From a virus (lineage: Duplodnaviria; Caudoviricetes), in IMG/VR virus record IMGVR_UViG_2541047043_000003, positions 1 through 64,000 of that record: 64,000 nucleotides of DNA, one strand, 5' to 3'. This document shows positions 60,745 through 64,000 of the stretch, piece after piece. Position 1 is the first letter of the stretch. Each line of letters opens with the position of its first letter. The notes under the pieces are model-generated. The model ran no database searches and was not told where the DNA came from. It saw only the letters and a program-made list of their open reading frames with translations. The translations under genes were made by a program, and so were the position numbers.

Positions 60745-60766
60745 AGTGTTGACTATAGTCAACACT
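60745..60766. promoter_or_regulatory. Perfect 22-bp palindrome AGTGTTGACTATAGTCAACACT
   Basis: Between divergent genes; TTGACT on both strands. Confidence 0.6.
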
Positions 60767-60857
60767 TAATATATGAATACCTATTATTTTTTGTATTTTT
60801 ATATTCCAATTTACCTCTCTATTTTAGTATATTTCATCGATAATCGAGGATTTAACA

Positions 60858-61145
60858 TTGAGCAACCATCCTTCTAAAAAGATTCATTTCAAATCAATTG
60901 CCGAATTGGAAAATACATTGGAAAATCTTTGCCTTTCGTATATCGAGCAAGAATCGAAAATCTTGGGTCAATTCGAACTTTCTAGACGGATTGCAGGGGA
61001 AAAATCCTTTAAACGAGAGGATCATGGGGCGCGTTATATTAACGAATCCGTCCATCGTTTCCACAGAGTGAAAAAAACGGGTAAACTTAAAATCGACATT
61101 TTACTTGAAATATGCCAAAAAATTTCCAATTTAAAAAAAGGTTAA
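60858..61145 (+). CDS. Hypothetical protein, possible DNA-binding regulator
   Basis: GAGGA RBS; divergent from 60699. Confidence 0.55.
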   Translation: MSNHPSKKIHFKSIAELENTLENLCLSYIEQESKILGQFELSRRIAGEKSFKREDHGARYINESVHRFHRVKKTGKLKIDILLEICQKISNLKKG

Positions 61146-61535
61146 TTTCATTCAATTGTGTTACTTTATTATTTCATAATATTCTTAATAAAGCTTTTTA
61201 ACGTTACTGAGAAGGGCCCTCCCCCGGTTTTTTGGATACGTATCTTAGGAATTCGAGTAATTTTTCCCCGTTTCCAAATTTTGAATCTTTACTGTCCTGT
61301 AACGATTCTTGTGTTTGAGTTTCGAAAGTAACCGTTTCCTATCAGTCACAAACGATATCATTTCCATAAGCGTTTTTGACGAATTTGATGTTCCTTGTCA
61401 ATAAGAAGGATAATGAGATTTGATTTTTAGCTACAGATCGATCCGAATAATCAAATATAAGAACCGCTCTTTTCTTTAAGTCAGCCGGTAAACTCGATTA
61501 CAAATTCCACTTTCAAGTGAATTGTATTTCTTCTT

Positions 61536-62516
61536 TTAAAGATTTACCGGAATTGGAGACAACCATCTGAGTAAGAGTTCCTTGGATCTTTTTCCTCCTA
61601 TCCAAAAATGATGCCAGTGTGCTCTTCGGATATGTGGACTTTTCATATTGGATTGAATTTCTGTCTGTTTTTTTGTTTCTCTGTAATCCCTTAGCTTTTT
61701 ACCGATTTCTTTCCCCACGTCCCAAACTGTAACTTGCGCCGCTTGATTGAGTTCTATATTACTTTTTTCTTTCGCTCTTTGTTTGTAAGTCGTGTGGGAG
61801 TAAGTTCCCGTGATCTCTGCATTTTCCGAACAGATATACAGGATTAGAGTGATGAATTTTTCTAATTCCAGGGTTTGAGTCTTTATACTCTCTTTGATCC
61901 GTTCGAATCCCGCAAATCCCAATTTTTGTTCTACTTTTTTTGTGTTCGTTTTGAGTAATTCTAAAATCGATTCTTCTACGGTATAGTCTCCGAGTTTTAA
62001 GATTAACGGAAATGGTGGTTGATTATCGTAATCCGGTAATATTCGCAACTCCTCTTCTCCGTCTGTAGATTCTAAGAATACAAAAAATCCGTTACAATCC
62101 TCTATGATGCCTTCCGGTATTTCCACGTAAATCGACCAGAGAGGTATTTTTTTTAATATCTCCGTTGGGATTTTTTCAGGCAAAGCGGAAGAGACTAACT
62201 CTTTTGCAAGTTCTTTTGAAAACTTGTATACCCCTTTCGAAAAACTCCAAGGGGCTAGTGCTGCGAGTTGATTCACGAGTAGTAGTTTAAATACCAATTG
62301 GGAATCTGATTGTTCAGGCATTCCCTCAAATACATTCGGGAAATACGTCGCCATCGGCGCAAATACGTAACTCGGCCATTCGGGGAGTTTTTTCCCCTTT
62401 TCTTCCAGTGCGTATTTGGCTACCGTTTTCCAGTTTGGAAATTGTCCTAAAACTTTTTCACAGATTAATTCCGGTTTTGATTGTATTTGTTTTTCGGTTT
62501 TTTCTTCTGGAGGTGA
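61536..62516 (-). CDS. AcrVA2-family-like protein, 5' end damaged
   Basis: LPEWPSYVF.P, LAALAPW...KGVYKF, IP.WSIYVE, ELRIL, LILYICS, WDVG..IG..LR, PHIRRAHWH.FW.G, RWL.PI.VN; frame open to 62516 but first ATG is 62354. Confidence 0.7.
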   Translation of the reverse strand, partial: SPPEEKTEKQIQSKPELICEKVLGQFPNWKTVAKYALEEKGKKLPEWPSYVFAPMATYFPNVFEGMPEQSDSQLVFKLLLVNQLAALAPWSFSKGVYKFSKELAKELVSSALPEKIPTEILKKIPLWSIYVEIPEGIIEDCNGFFVFLESTDGEEELRILPDYDNQPPFPLILKLGDYTVEESILELLKTNTKKVEQKLGFAGFERIKESIKTQTLELEKFITLILYICSENAEITGTYSHTTYKQRAKEKSNIELNQAAQVTVWDVGKEIGKKLRDYRETKKQTEIQSNMKSPHIRRAHWHHFWIGGKRSKELLLRWLSPIPVNL

Positions 62517-62709
62517 TCATAGTTTATGTTTTAAACCTTTTTTGTATGTTCGATCTTTATTATATTCTGTTTTTAGAATTCTTCTTTTTCTAATTTTTTA
62601 GTTAAATCGGTTCTTTTCTCGGTTCCCTGTAGTGTTTTTTTGACATCATTGTTGCTATTTTTACTTAAAATAAATTTGACTCTCTCGTAGGGTTTTGTAT
62701 TTAAGTTCC

Positions 62710-63223
62710 GTGCATATTTTAGAAGTCGGTAAACTTTATCACCCGAATAAAACGAAGTGGCAGGAGGGAGCCTTTTATCAATGCGCGGGTGGTGAACACA
62801 GGCTTGAATTATTTTTCAATTCCCCTTCTCCTAAAGAAATCAAATCGGTGAAAAGCGGTACAGCGAGTTTTGGTTTTTTGGTTCAAGACGAGCTAATTTG
62901 TTTTTTATTTCGTTTTTACCCTGATTTTGATTGGTTCGATTCACCTAGTTTTACCTGAAAAAAATAGAGTTCCTCCTTTAAAAAGGAATTTGGATTCGGA
63001 TATGCCCGTTTTGACTACGCTTCTTATTGATGCGTCTACCGGTATTTTGAAAGTTATCCGAGCCACTTCTCTTAATTTAGATTTTGCTAATCGTTTAGAA
63101 TCTGAAATTCTAAATCAGTTAAACCGTCCTTTTGATTCAAACGTTTTTGATAAAAAGTTTGCCTTACTTTATGACTTGTATCCGACCACTCAGTCGATGC
63201 TAAAAGATGCGATTTTGTCTTAG
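62710..63223 (+). pseudogene. Frameshifted hypothetical gene (two overlapping ORFs)
   Basis: 62695-62958 and 62927-63223 overlap in different frames and read as one protein across about 62940-62955. Confidence 0.55.
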
Positions 63224-63617
63224 GAGTAATTGTATTCGGTTTTTTGTTTTTAATAGTAAGTTAGGGTTTTTTGATTCTATTTAGTTTTTCATTGAATAGC
63301 CCGATATCTTTTTTAAAGAACTTTTAGTTACCACTTTAGTTGTTTCTTAGTACCCTTTAACCAGTTCAAATTCATTTCCTAAACACCCCGCTTTGCGAGG
63401 CTCTTTTTTATTCTAAAATAGAATATATTTTTAATTATCTGGTTTATAATAGATTCAAAAGAATTGTTCCGGGCTTGCTTTTATCTTCTTCCCGCTAGTT
63501 TTAATCGATAATCCTCGTAATCGTCAAAGAAACATAGCGCACACCACTGAAAAAATACCATTGGGAGATTTTAATAAATAGTTGAAAATTTGATATTAAA
63601 GAGACATAATTAACATT

Positions 63618-64000
63618 ATGTCTATCGCAATTCAAAAGTCAAATTTCGTTAAGAATTTACATGTGATTCGGTTAGTCGGGTTGGAAAACCCTCAAGAACT
63701 TCAAAATGTTAAAAAATTTGCTAGTAATGTTTTTCTACAAAGCGGTTACACTAAATCATTATATACGACAGTCGATATGGACCCTTGGTCTACTTGGTTC
63801 TATGTGCGGGAAGGGTCGGAAATCTTGGCCGCCATGCGTATTGTAGAAAAAAAACCGATGAATTTAATCCCTTTGGAACTCGGTATCATTAAAGAAAGCG
63901 ATCCAATACAAAGATATGCAGTGATTGGGGAAAATATTGCAGATTGGAATTCGGTCAGTTTTTTGCTCTCTAAAAAAGGTGCACGCGCCGCTTTGTCTAC
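63618..64000 (+). CDS. Leptospira LBL_2463-like protein, partial (runs off the window)
   Basis: MSIAIQKS...ENPQEL..VK.F...F..SGY...DPWSTWFYV...AAMRIVEK...IPLE...ADWNSV; family name recalled from memory. Confidence 0.6.
   Translation, partial: MSIAIQKSNFVKNLHVIRLVGLENPQELQNVKKFASNVFLQSGYTKSLYTTVDMDPWSTWFYVREGSEILAAMRIVEKKPMNLIPLELGIIKESDPIQRYAVIGENIADWNSVSFLLSKKGARAALS

Overview
AT-rich DNA most consistent with Leptospira (judged from gene families and codon style, from memory). About 1.1-63.3 kb looks like a phage-plasmid (plasmid prophage). It carries a rep-parB-parA replicon (- strand), an XRE repressor with a divergent early operon containing a second Rep-like initiator with internal iterons, and two DNA methyltransferases. 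It also has a near-complete but scrambled contractile-tail (myovirus) virion gene set with SPO1/Twort-like capsid and tail-chaperone sequences, and a lysis cassette. The accessory arm (50-63 kb) holds an IS630, an ATP-grasp RiPP (graspetide) operon, a RelE/XRE toxin-antitoxin pair, cassette-like genes, an AcrVA2-like gene and several pseudogenes. I saw no integrase, att repeats, tRNA, rRNA, CRISPR array or reverse transcriptase. Strongest unannotated signals: (1) a three-gene graspetide operon (precursor with 3x TKT-x4-E-x-D[DE] cores, ATP-grasp ligase, Pycsar-effector-like membrane protein) lacking protease or exporter; (2) a -1 frameshift signal (C CCT TTC, 6-nt spacer, long hairpin) that would fuse a tail-fibre-like protein to a 12-Cys domain; (3) a repeated CCGAT-N14-16-TANNNT-N6-7-start promoter architecture implying a mostly leaderless late regulon; (4) a duplicated stand-alone RpnS antitoxin gene. 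All family assignments come from motif recognition by eye; no searches were run.
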